Assembly: GCA_902526965.1 (NCBI GenBank)
Contig: CABZMT010000004.1
Location: forward strand, 7,996 to 71,995
Length of the DNA: 64,000 nucleotides
Direction of reading: 5' to 3'
Origin: an uncultured Alphaproteobacteria bacterium
GTDB taxonomy: Bacteria > Pseudomonadota > Alphaproteobacteria > HIMB59
Each line of letters starts with the position of its first letter. Position 1 is the first letter of the stretch. The translations under genes were made by a program, and so were the position numbers. The notes beneath the pieces are model-generated. The model saw nothing but the letters and a program-made list of their open reading frames with translations, was not told the origin of the DNA and made no database searches. Of the stretch, positions 49,566 to 59,654 are shown piece after piece.

Positions 49566-50455
49566 AAGTTAAAAATATTAAATTACTGAAAATACTTGTA
49601 GTAGCAGGCGGATGGTCGGATGAAAGAGAAGTTTCTCTTATGTCAGGAAGAAATGTCTTTTCTACTCTCAAAAGAGACAAATTCAATGTAATATTTTTAG
49701 ATATTAAAAAAAATAATATAGATCAAATTTTAATATTTAAGCCAGATATAATATTCAATTCTCTTCATGGTGAGTTTGGAGAAGATGGGGGAATAAATTC
49801 ATATGCCCAAAAAAATAATATATTAATAACACATTCTGGGGCCATTTCATCTGCTCTGTGCTTTAACAAAAGACTATTAAAATTTTTTCTTAAAAAAGAA
49901 CTTAATATTTTATCACCAAAAGAGATTGCATATAAAAACAAAATTAATTTTCCAGTAATTTCTAAGCCAAATTGGGGAGGTTCCTCTAAAGGTATTAAGT
50001 TTTTAAATAATATGAAAGAGCTTACAAAGGTAATGAATAATCACCAAAATTTAATTGAAGAAATAATTTATGGAAAAGAATTAACTGTAACAGTTATTGA
50101 AAATAATAATAAAATTATGTCACTAGGCGTTACAGAAATAGAATTCAAAAGTCAGCACTATGATTATATAGCCAAATATACAAAAAATAAGAGCTTTCAT
50201 TTTCTACCAGCCCGAATATCTAAATTGCAATATGATTTTTTAGTAAAAATATCAAAAAAAATATTTCACGTTTGTGGTTGTAAAGGAATAGCAAGATTAG
50301 ATTTTATAATGAGCCAAAAAAATGGAAAAATATATTTTTTAGAAATGAATACACATCCAGGATTAACAAAATTATCGCTAGCTCCTGAACAAGCTAATTA
50401 CCAAAGATTATCTTATTTAAACTTATTAAAAAAAATATTACGTTCATCTCTATGA
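49562..50455 (+). CDS. ddl: D-alanine-D-alanine ligase
   Basis: GGWSDEREVSL, LHGEFGEDG, GGSS, LEMNTHPG. Confidence 0.94.
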   Translation: MKVKNIKLLKILVVAGGWSDEREVSLMSGRNVFSTLKRDKFNVIFLDIKKNNIDQILIFKPDIIFNSLHGEFGEDGGINSYAQKNNILITHSGAISSALCFNKRLLKFFLKKELNILSPKEIAYKNKINFPVISKPNWGGSSKGIKFLNNMKELTKVMNNHQNLIEEIIYGKELTVTVIENNNKIMSLGVTEIEFKSQHYDYIAKYTKNKSFHFLPARISKLQYDFLVKISKKIFHVCGCKGIARLDFIMSQKNGKIYFLEMNTHPGLTKLSLAPEQANYQRLSYLNLLKKILRSSL

Positions 50456-51099
50456 AATTAAAATATAGAGAGGTTGCAATATACTTTTCATCAATCTTAG
50501 TTTTAACACTATTAATTAGTTTTTCTGTCAATTATATTACTAAAAAACCATTAGAAATTATCAATTTCATTCAATCAGACATACACGAAGATTTTGAAAT
50601 AGAAATAACTAATAATTTAAATGACATAAATAATTATTTAAAAGAATATTTATTTATTGATAGTTATTTGATAAAACGCAATATTAATGAAATTAATATT
50701 CAAATATATCTTAAAAAACCTTTTGCACTAAATAATTTAACAAAAGATGTAATATTTTATGATAACACCACAGCCTCATCATATTATTTTAAAAAAAATT
50801 ATTTAGATGCAATCAATCTCATTGATACTTCTAAAACCAATCTTCACATTAATAATTATTTAAAAGAAAATTCTCAAATCCTATTCTCTTTGTTTAATAT
50901 TAATCAAATAGAATATATCGACGATAGGAGATACAATTTAGTTTTAAATGATGGTAGAATCGTTATGCTTCCTAAAATAATTGACTCCAAATTGATAAAT
51001 TTTATTAAAAATAATATTAATCTAATTGATAAAAGCACTAATTATCATCAGTTTCTGGATTTAAGAAATTTTCATAATAAAACTATAAGATTAAAATAA
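50452..51099 (+). CDS. ftsQ: Cell division protein FtsQ (divergent)
   Basis: N-terminal TM, RRYNL and DLR motifs; between ddl and ftsA. Confidence 0.75.
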   Translation: MKLKYREVAIYFSSILVLTLLISFSVNYITKKPLEIINFIQSDIHEDFEIEITNNLNDINNYLKEYLFIDSYLIKRNINEINIQIYLKKPFALNNLTKDVIFYDNTTASSYYFKKNYLDAINLIDTSKTNLHINNYLKENSQILFSLFNINQIEYIDDRRYNLVLNDGRIVMLPKIIDSKLINFIKNNINLIDKSTNYHQFLDLRNFHNKTIRLK

Positions 51100-52290
51100 T
51101 TGGATAGTTACAAAACATTAATTGAAATAGGATCTTTTTCTATAAAGACCATTATATACTCCGAACTAAATCATGAATTTGCTATCATTGGAACAGGTAA
51201 GACTAGATCGAAAGGTTATAATGGAGAAGAGATAGAAAATTTTGATGATTTTATTGATTGTATCAAAAATTCTATAGTGCAAGCTGAAAAACAAGCTAAT
51301 TATATTATTAAAGATGCTTTTATTCTTGTTACAAATCAAAGTGTTCAAATTAAGAAAACACAAAAAGATCTTAATCTTAATGGTGCAATAATTGAAAAAA
51401 ATGATTTAAGAAAAATTTCTAAAATAAAAATACCTAAAGATGAAAATTATCTTTATAATATATATACTTCGCACTATAAGATTGATGATAAATTAATTAC
51501 AGATAATCCTGTTGGATTAAACTGCAATAAACTATCTATAATTTCATTAGTTTCAATGATTGATATAAAGCAAATTAATCTTTTAAATAATATTTTTCAA
51601 AAACTACAAATTAAAATTTTAAATTATTTAGACTCTACGACTTCATATTATTTTTATTTAAAAAATAAACCCAAAACTAAAACCAATGTTGTGCTCATAG
51701 ATTATGGTTTTAATAACATTAATATTATTGTGATAAAAAATAAAGTTTTACATTTTATAAAAAAAATACCACAAGGTTGTAAAAAAATTTCTGATGATTT
51801 AGTGAATATTCATAATATTAGTTTTGATTTTGCCGAAAAACTTAAAATTTCTACAATTGATTTATCTGATACTAGAAATTCAACTGTTGAAATTCCTATT
51901 TGGGAAGAATTTGGTGATAATAAGAAAAAAAATGTTGGACACGATAATTTAAAAGAGATTACTTTAGATCGTTTAGATGAGACTTTTGAATTAGTTTTAA
52001 AATCTTTACCAAAAGATAAGAGTTTTTATTCGTATGTATTTACAGGAGGGGGCTCAAAGATTAAAAATTTTTACAATTACTTTAGAACAAAACATGGTTA
52101 TGACATTCAGTTTTTGGAGCCGCCAAAGTCTTGCGGTATCCCCAAGGTTTTAAATGATGCTAGTATAATGTCTCTTTATTCAAGTTTTTGGCTTTTAACA
52201 AATAAAAGCTCAAGATGTAATGATTTTATTCAAAAAATTGATTCTTTTTCAAGCAAAATATGGTACAAAAGATTCGTAGACCTACTATAG
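51100..52290 (+). CDS. ftsA: Cell division protein FtsA
   Basis: EIGSFSIK, NPVG, IDYG, AEKLK, FTGGGS; synteny. Confidence 0.88.
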   Translation: MDSYKTLIEIGSFSIKTIIYSELNHEFAIIGTGKTRSKGYNGEEIENFDDFIDCIKNSIVQAEKQANYIIKDAFILVTNQSVQIKKTQKDLNLNGAIIEKNDLRKISKIKIPKDENYLYNIYTSHYKIDDKLITDNPVGLNCNKLSIISLVSMIDIKQINLLNNIFQKLQIKILNYLDSTTSYYFYLKNKPKTKTNVVLIDYGFNNINIIVIKNKVLHFIKKIPQGCKKISDDLVNIHNISFDFAEKLKISTIDLSDTRNSTVEIPIWEEFGDNKKKNVGHDNLKEITLDRLDETFELVLKSLPKDKSFYSYVFTGGGSKIKNFYNYFRTKHGYDIQFLEPPKSCGIPKVLNDASIMSLYSSFWLLTNKSSRCNDFIQKIDSFSSKIWYKRFVDLL

Positions 52291-52310
52291 GTTGATTTGC
52301 GGGGAAAAAA

Positions 52311-53835
52311 ATGACACTAGATATAGAACCAGTAGTTGATCAAAAAAACTTAAAACCATCTTTAACGGTCATGGGGATTGGCGGCGCAGGAAGCAATGCT
52401 GTAAATAACATGATCCAATCAAATTTAAATAATGTTGACTTCATTGTTGCAAATACTGACGCTCAAGCACTTGAAAATTCTCTTTGTTATAATCGTATCC
52501 AACTAGGATTAGAAAAAACTAAAGGTTTAGGTGCAGGTGCAGATCCAATAATTGGAAAAGATGCAGCCGAAGAAAGTATTGATTTAATTTCAGAAGAATT
52601 AAGAAATACTAATATGTTATTTTTAACGGCTGGTTTAGGTGGAGGAACAGGAACAGGCGCTCTACCAGTTATTGCAAGTATTGCAAAAAAATTAGGTATT
52701 GTAACTGTCGCAATAGTTTCAACCCCATTTAACTTTGAAGGTACAAAAAGAATGAACCTAGCATTACAAGGACTTGAAGAAGTTAAAAATAATGTAGATA
52801 CATTACTGATAATTCCAAATCAAAATTTATTTAAAGTATCCAATGAACAGACTTCTTTTGCAGAAGCTTTTAAAAAAGCAGATAATGTTCTTTTTGATGG
52901 AGTAAAAGGATTAACTGATTTAATTACACAGCCAGGTCTTATTAATTTAGACTTTGCTGATGTAAGAACTGTTATAAAAGAAATGGGATTTGCAATGATG
53001 GGAACTGCTGTTGCAGAGGGTGATAATAAAGCTGTAGAGGCATCAAACTTAGCTTTAACCAATCCATTAATTGAGAATATAGACATGAACACTGCTAAAG
53101 GAGTAATTGTCAATATTTCTGGAGGAAGCGATATGACTTTACTAGAAGTAGATCATGCTGCTAATATTATTAGACAGAGTGTTAACCCAGAGGCAAATAT
53201 TATTTTTGGTTCTTTGATTGATGAAACTCTACAAGGTAAATTAAAAATTAGTATTTTTGCTACTGGCATAGAGGCATCAGGAAAAAAAATTCTTTATTAC
53301 CCTGAGTCTGAAAATAATTCAGGTTTTAGTTCTATTCAAAATAAAATAGATGAAAGTTTGTCTTACGATGGTTCAGACATTAAAACTAATGAAGACATAT
53401 CTAGTGTAGTTGAAGAAAAACCAGTTACTTCTGAAAATGAAGAATTTAATTTGACTAATAAGATAGATCAAAATATAGAAAATAAAGAAGAAATTATTGA
53501 AAAAACCAATGAAAATAGTGTCAATTACGAAAATCTTGAAGAAAAAAAGAAGACAGGTTTTTTTAGTATGCTTTCTAATTTGATGACCTCTGATAAAAAA
53601 ACAACTGAAGTTAAAGATGAAAATCCTGAAAAAAAAGCAAAAAAAAACAAAAACAGATCCAAATCTATTTTTATTTAGTGATGTTGTAGATGAGGAGGGT
53701 AATCAAGCTAAACAAAGCTCTGAAAATAATGAAATTTCTGAAATTTCAGATATTTCTGAATTTAGCGAAGAAAATGATGACATTAATGAAGATATAGACA
53801 CCCCATCATATCTTCGAAAAGGCTCTAATCAATAA
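52311..53835 (+). CDS. ftsZ: FtsZ, apparently frameshifted (+1) in an A-run near 53629-53647; ~507 aa if repaired
   Basis: GGGTGTGA, NLDFADV; the C-terminal peptide DIDTPSYLRK lies in the +1 frame ORF 53617-53835. Confidence 0.93.
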
Positions 53836-53903
53836 ATCTAATAAATACATAGTTTTACAATTATAAAGTAATACTTTTTGGGTATTTTCTTAATATTGTC
53901 TAT

Positions 53904-54761
53904 ATGAAGTGTATTACCCTTAAAGAACCCATCACATTAGATGGAATTGGTTTACATACTGGAGTTAAAACAAATATAACCCTTAATCCAGCTCCACTAA
54001 ATTCTGGTATTTTTTTCAATAGAACAGATAAATCTGTTATTATTCCTGCTAAATGGGATAGCGTAACATCTACAAAATTCTCAACCAACATTGCTTCAAA
54101 TGGAATTGAAGTTAAGACAGTTGAGCACTTATTGAGTGCACTTGCTGGTCTTCATATTAATAATTGTGAAGTTTTAATCGACAACATTGAAGTGCCTATT
54201 CTAGATGGTAGTTCTAAAGTCTATGTTGAAAACATTTTAAAAACAGGAGTAAAAGAGCAGGACTCTGAACAAAATATTTTGGAAATAATTAAGCCTGTAA
54301 AATTTCTATGTGATTATGGATATGCTGAATTAGCACCAAACTCATCAAGAGACCAAGGATTAAATATAAATTTAGAGTCTAGTTTTGATGGAAAGTATGA
54401 TGATCAAGATATTAAGATTAGAAATTTAAATGGTAATTATGTCGAGTCTATTTCAAAGGCTAGGACTTTTGGTTTTTTTCAAGAAATAGAATATCTTAAG
54501 TCACTAAATCTTATTAAAGGTGGCTCACTTGATAATGCTATAGTTATTAAAGACAAGAAACCACTAAATAAAGATGGATTAAGATATGAGAATGAATTAA
54601 TGCGCCATAAAGTTTTAGATGTAGTGGGAGATCTCTACTTATCAGGCTATCCTATTATTGGAACATACAAAGGTTTTAAAACAGGTCACTTTATTACAAA
54701 TAACTTACTTAAAGAGTTATTTAAATCAGAAGAAAATTATAAGATACATAAAATTAACTAA
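53904..54761 (+). CDS. lpxC: UDP-3-O-acyl-N-acetylglucosamine deacetylase
   Basis: GIGLHTG, TVEHLLSAL, EVPILDGS, ARTFG, HKVLDVVGDL. Confidence 0.96.
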   Translation: MKCITLKEPITLDGIGLHTGVKTNITLNPAPLNSGIFFNRTDKSVIIPAKWDSVTSTKFSTNIASNGIEVKTVEHLLSALAGLHINNCEVLIDNIEVPILDGSSKVYVENILKTGVKEQDSEQNILEIIKPVKFLCDYGYAELAPNSSRDQGLNINLESSFDGKYDDQDIKIRNLNGNYVESISKARTFGFFQEIEYLKSLNLIKGGSLDNAIVIKDKKPLNKDGLRYENELMRHKVLDVVGDLYLSGYPIIGTYKGFKTGHFITNNLLKELFKSEENYKIHKIN

Positions 54762-56146
54762 ACCATTTTCTTTGGATCAGTATATTTTTTAAAATCTTTT
54801 TCAGATAAATCAGTTAACTCTAAGCATGACTGCATTAGTGAAATATTTTTATTGTAAGCGTTTAGTGCAACTTTAGATGCAAGATCATAGCCAATTACTT
54901 TTGTTAAGGGAGTCACTAACATTAAAGAACGATTTAATAGCTCATTTATTCTTTTTTTATTTATTTTTAATCCTTTCAAACAATTTGCTCTAAACGAGGC
55001 CATTGCTTCACCGATTAAACGAATAGCATCAAGAGTATTATGAATAATTAATGGATTATATACATTCAATTGAAAATGACCTTGAGTACATGCGAATGTT
55101 ACAGAATTTCGGAGACCAATTACATGTGCGCATACCATTGATAAGGCTTCACACTGAGTAGGATTAATTTTTCCAGGCATAATAGATGAGCCGGGTTCAT
55201 TAGCTGGTAGGATTATTTCAGAAATCCCACTTCTTGGCCCAGAGGCTAATACTCTGATATCATTTGCCATTTTAAATAACGCACTAGTTAAAATTTCAAC
55301 ACCTGACATAACTTCAATAAACACATCATGAGATGCAAGAGACTCATACTTATTGGGAGCAGATTTGAATGGAAGCTTTGTCTCTTGTTTTAAATATTTA
55401 ATAAATTTTTTAGAAAAACTATAAGGTGCGTTTATTCCCGAGCCTACAGCTGTACCCCCTTGAGCTAGTTCATAAAGCTTATTCAAACTTTTCTTAATAA
55501 TATTTTCAGCATAAGAAATTTGATCATAGAAAGCTAAAAATTCATTTGAAATTTTTATTGGTGTTGCATCTTGAGTATGTGTTCTACCAATTTTAATAAT
55601 TCCTTTGAATTCAGAAATTTTCTTTTTTAAAGATTTTTTAAAAGATACTATTTCTGGAAATAAATGTCTGTGTATTGATAATACTGTAGCAATATGCATT
55701 GCAGTAGGAATACTATCATTTGAAGATTGTGATTTATTTATATCATCATTTGGGTGAAGAGGATGGTTAGTTGGAAGTTTTTTTCCTAATAATTGATTGC
55801 TTTTATTAGCAATAACTTCATTCAGGTTCATATTGATTTGGGTCCCAGATCCAGTTTGCCATACGACAAGTGGAAAATGTTCATTTAATTTTCCTGAAAT
55901 AATTAAATCACAAACTTTTCCAACAATTTTTGCATGATTTTTTGATAATAATTTAAATTCTAAATTTGCTAAAGCACACGATTTTTTTTGTAAAGCTAGA
56001 GCTTCTATAAAAATATTTTGAAAATGAAATTTACCAATACCTATTTGAAAGTTCTTTATCGACCTTTGTGTTTGTGCCCCCCATAGTTTTGAGCTATCAA
56101 CTTTGATTTCCCCTAAGCTATCTTTTTCAATACGAAATTTGACCAT
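54758..56146 (-). CDS. fumC: Class II fumarate hydratase
   Basis: WQTGSGTQ, SQSSND, GSSIMPGKINPTQCE. Confidence 0.95.
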   Translation of the reverse strand: MVKFRIEKDSLGEIKVDSSKLWGAQTQRSIKNFQIGIGKFHFQNIFIEALALQKKSCALANLEFKLLSKNHAKIVGKVCDLIISGKLNEHFPLVVWQTGSGTQINMNLNEVIANKSNQLLGKKLPTNHPLHPNDDINKSQSSNDSIPTAMHIATVLSIHRHLFPEIVSFKKSLKKKISEFKGIIKIGRTHTQDATPIKISNEFLAFYDQISYAENIIKKSLNKLYELAQGGTAVGSGINAPYSFSKKFIKYLKQETKLPFKSAPNKYESLASHDVFIEVMSGVEILTSALFKMANDIRVLASGPRSGISEIILPANEPGSSIMPGKINPTQCEALSMVCAHVIGLRNSVTFACTQGHFQLNVYNPLIIHNTLDAIRLIGEAMASFRANCLKGLKINKKRINELLNRSLMLVTPLTKVIGYDLASKVALNAYNKNISLMQSCLELTDLSEKDFKKYTDPKKMV

Positions 56147-56174
56147 GTATAATTAATAATATATATCAAATTAA

Positions 56175-56798
56175 ATGAAAAATATTTTATTAATTCGACA
56201 TGGGCAAAGTGAATGGAATAAATTAAATCTTTTTACTGGCTTCAAAAATATTGATTTATCTAAACAAGGTATAGACGAAGCAAACAAAGCTGGACAAAAT
56301 TTCAAAAATTTAAATATAAAATTCGATATTGTATTCACTAGTGAGTTAAAAAGAGCGCAAGAAACAGCTAAAATAATTCTCAAAAATCTTGATCAATGGG
56401 ATCATTTATTCGGAGAAGGAAAAATAATAACAGATATTAAGTTAAATGAGAGAGATTATGGCGATCTTACCGGTCTAAACAAAAAAGAAACAGCTGACAA
56501 ATTTGGAGAAGAGCAAGTTCACAAATGGAGAAGAGGTTATTCAGATCAACCTCCAAATGGAGAGAGTTTGGAGGACGTAGTCAGAAGAGTAAAAATATAT
56601 TTTGAAGAGTCAATCAACCCTGCCATCCAGAGCGATGATAACAATAATATATTGATAGCAGCACATGGAAATTCTTTAAGGGCCTTACTAATTGTAATGA
56701 ATATTTATGACTCCAGTAATATTAATTCTGTTGAGCTTTCAACAGGTGTGCCAATACATGTTATTTTAGAAAATAATAAATTTACAATAAAAAATTAA
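56175..56798 (+). CDS. gpmA: 2,3-bisphosphoglycerate-dependent phosphoglycerate mutase
   Basis: RHGQSEWN, LNERDYG, AHGNSLRAL. Confidence 0.95.
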   Translation: MKNILLIRHGQSEWNKLNLFTGFKNIDLSKQGIDEANKAGQNFKNLNIKFDIVFTSELKRAQETAKIILKNLDQWDHLFGEGKIITDIKLNERDYGDLTGLNKKETADKFGEEQVHKWRRGYSDQPPNGESLEDVVRRVKIYFEESINPAIQSDDNNNILIAAHGNSLRALLIVMNIYDSSNINSVELSTGVPIHVILENNKFTIKN

Positions 56799-56802
56799 CT
56801 TT

Positions 56803-57402
56803 TTGATCGACGCAGCATTAATCATTGCAATTGTATCTTACTACACAGTTATGTTTATAACCCCTGGGCCTAATAACGCCATGCTTACAATTTCAGGTCT
56901 AAAATTTGGTTTTAAAAGATCTTTACCACACATATCTGGTATATCTCTCGGTCATGCATTGCAAGTTTCTTTAATTTGTACAGGATTAGGTTTTATTTTA
57001 ATTCAAAATCCCCAGTTTCAAATTGTTTTAAAATGGATGTGTTTTATTTATCTCATTTATTTAGCTTATAAAATGATTGGTTCAATTAAGGATTATAAAA
57101 AAGAAAAAGGAAGACCATTAAAAATATATGAAGCAGCTTTATTTCAGTGGATTAATCCAAAAGCATGGACAATAGCTATAACTGTTGCATCTGGCTTTAT
57201 GCCACTAGAGGAAGAATTATGGGTTGCAGTTATATTTACAGGTTTAATGTCTTCGTTAGTAAGTTTTCCTTGCATCAGTTTATGGGCCTTATTTGGAAGC
57301 TTAATTAAAAAACTTATATCAAATACTTTGTTAAAAAAAATATTTGAATACTTTTTTGCTATATTACTTATTTCAACTGGTATTTATTTAATTTTAAATT
57401 AG
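56803..57402 (+). CDS. LysE family translocator
   Basis: TPGPNN, FQWINPKAW. Confidence 0.9.
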   Translation: MIDAALIIAIVSYYTVMFITPGPNNAMLTISGLKFGFKRSLPHISGISLGHALQVSLICTGLGFILIQNPQFQIVLKWMCFIYLIYLAYKMIGSIKDYKKEKGRPLKIYEAALFQWINPKAWTIAITVASGFMPLEEELWVAVIFTGLMSSLVSFPCISLWALFGSLIKKLISNTLLKKIFEYFFAILLISTGIYLILN

Positions 57403-58497
57403 GTAGTCAATTAAATTTAAATAACGATAATTTAAAAATCCTTTTTTAGATATAAAGTAACTCTCCACACTATTGCTATTTATCGAATTTAAAATTTTTG
57501 GTAATTGTTTTTTTAACTTATTACTAAAATAAGTAGATGACTCTAAAGGTAAAGCACTAGGTAGGTTGTCCACTGCCATAATATCCACTCCCTTGTATTT
57601 ATAGTAAGGAGATTTCAAAGAGGTTGTTTTTATTGTCGTTGGAATAGATCCATTGATATCACATGTTATGTCCCCTATGATTTTGAAAAAACTATTGTCT
57701 ATGTCTTTATTAGTGAATAGTTTTGGAAATTTCTTATCCCAATAATGGCAAGAAATCAAAATATCGTATTTTCCAATATACTGCTTAAAATTCGACTTAT
57801 AAGAACCTTTACGAAGAATAAGATCTCTATGAGAAAATTTTCTATCAATCCTTTGATAGTAATCTTTTGGTTCTAAGACATTAAAATAGGATTTATAAAT
57901 TTTTTTATTCCCTTTTATTCCAATCCTATTAAGAAAAAATTGAGCCCCTTTTGATACTAATCCATTACCTGTAATAAGAATTCTAGTATTACCAAAATCT
58001 TTATTTTTAAAAGACCTAATTATTTCTTTTATCGTTAAGATTACATTTTTATTTTTTTTTATTTTCAAAAATTTACTAAGGGTTAGATAGGCGCCCATAA
58101 TTCCAGCATGCCATCCAAAACCTATACTTCTTAAACCATGAGTATTTCTTAAAAGTTCATAGTCTATTAGTGAGCAGTTATTTTTGAGTATTTTCTTTAG
58201 CAATGGCATATTATGTCTTTGACCTTTTATTGTGTGAGAAAACATCATGTAATTTTGATTCTTTTTTATTTTAGATAAATTAATCTCTTTGATTGATAAA
58301 AATAAATCAATCTTTTGTGAATTATATTTTTTACAACCAACAGAAAAATATTGTCTATCTTTTATTACCCTTTGATTAGAAGGTTCTATAAAGAATTTTA
58401 ATTTAGAATTATTCTTTATGAGTTCTCCAATATCTTTGGGCACTAAGGGTACTCTAAATTCATTCTTCTTTGACTCTTTAAGTATACAAATATTCAT
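57394..58497 (-). CDS. Lysine-ketoglutarate reductase / saccharopine dehydrogenase (lysine-forming), AlaDh/PNT fold
   Basis: EFRVPLVP, FSHTIKGQ..NM, LIDYELL, DITCD, AVDNLP. Confidence 0.8.
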   Translation of the reverse strand: MNICILKESKKNEFRVPLVPKDIGELIKNNSKLKFFIEPSNQRVIKDRQYFSVGCKKYNSQKIDLFLSIKEINLSKIKKNQNYMMFSHTIKGQRHNMPLLKKILKNNCSLIDYELLRNTHGLRSIGFGWHAGIMGAYLTLSKFLKIKKNKNVILTIKEIIRSFKNKDFGNTRILITGNGLVSKGAQFFLNRIGIKGNKKIYKSYFNVLEPKDYYQRIDRKFSHRDLILRKGSYKSNFKQYIGKYDILISCHYWDKKFPKLFTNKDIDNSFFKIIGDITCDINGSIPTTIKTTSLKSPYYKYKGVDIMAVDNLPSALPLESSTYFSNKLKKQLPKILNSINSNSVESYFISKKGFLNYRYLNLIDYLI

Positions 58498-59606
58498 GTT
58501 TCTTTTATTTTAATACCAAAGTTATTTAGTTTATTTAAAATAAAATCAACCCTGTTAATTTCATTAAATATTCTACTAATACCTGGATTTGTATTAATTT
58601 TGATTAAACACTCTATTACAGACACCATTGTTAAAGAGACACATTGAGACATAGCAGAGTTTTCTATATTTCTCGACTCATCAATATAAAGTGTTTTATC
58701 ATAAATAATTTTATTTTGATATTTAGCAAAAAATCTAACAAATAGTAAAATTCTATCTTTTTCATTAGTTTGATATTTATTTTTGTCCCACAGTTCTGAG
58801 GATATTTTTTCTAAATTAGACTTTTCATCTAACTTCAAAAAAATTTTATTCCATTCTTTAGACCATCCTTTTAATCTAATAGTACCTCTTTGAAAGTTTT
58901 TAACTTTATCAATATATTCTTTTGATAAATATTCCTCTAAATACGGTGTAGAGTCCCTATTCGGGTAAATTTCAAATTCCTCTCCATTAAAATTCATTTT
59001 AGATATTTGTCTAAATGCTTTATCTGATGTCTCTTCTTTATAGTTTTTTATAAATTTACAAGGTGTATTCAATGCTCTTAAAACACCTAGTGGGGACCAA
59101 CTAAACTTATACTTAAATTTATTAGGGATATGAGGGAACCCACCACACATACTTAATATTGATATTTCATCAACTAATGGAGGTGAGATACTTTTTTTAA
59201 ATTGATGAAATAGTTTGTGTGATAAAAGATGATCTATCCCTGGATCTAATCCAGTTTCGTTTAAAAACAGGCAATTATTTTTTATGAAATGTGTCTCTAA
59301 TTCAGCATACTTGTTCTCAAAGTAACTAGATGTGATTAAATGGCATTTCTTATAAATAGCAAGTTTAGCGATATCGTAGTGCATGCTAGCTGGTAACATT
59401 GAAACTATAATGTCGTTAGCTTTCAAATTTTTTTTTAAATCATCAAAGTTAAGATGATTAATTTTTAATCTATTATTTAAAAGTTTACAGGCTTTATCAA
59501 CGGATCGATTCCATACCTGTAGATCATGTCCTTTTTCATGAAGATATAATACCCCTGGTGGAGAAGATAAGCCTATACCAAGCCAATGAATTTTATTAAA
59601 GATCAT
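58494..59606 (-). CDS. Saccharopine dehydrogenase (glutamate-forming) family
   Basis: SMLP, TSSY, ETGLDPGIDH, CGG, YKFSWSPLGVL, YPNRDS, RGTIR. Confidence 0.88.
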   Translation of the reverse strand: MIFNKIHWLGIGLSSPPGVLYLHEKGHDLQVWNRSVDKACKLLNNRLKINHLNFDDLKKNLKANDIIVSMLPASMHYDIAKLAIYKKCHLITSSYFENKYAELETHFIKNNCLFLNETGLDPGIDHLLSHKLFHQFKKSISPPLVDEISILSMCGGFPHIPNKFKYKFSWSPLGVLRALNTPCKFIKNYKEETSDKAFRQISKMNFNGEEFEIYPNRDSTPYLEEYLSKEYIDKVKNFQRGTIRLKGWSKEWNKIFLKLDEKSNLEKISSELWDKNKYQTNEKDRILLFVRFFAKYQNKIIYDKTLYIDESRNIENSAMSQCVSLTMVSVIECLIKINTNPGISRIFNEINRVDFILNKLNNFGIKIKET

Positions 59607-59654
59607 TTTTAAGAATTTAGAATAATTCTGGTTAAATTTGTATAAAATTAAAAG

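Noticed and set aside
53726-53765. GAAATTTCT/A-type short repeats near the ftsZ end
   Set aside because: They encode the low-complexity EISEISDISEFSE linker and are not a CRISPR or DNA repeat element
53617-53835. Independent 72-aa gene after ftsZ
   Set aside because: It encodes the FtsZ acidic linker and C-terminal peptide, so it is better explained as a frameshifted part of ftsZ
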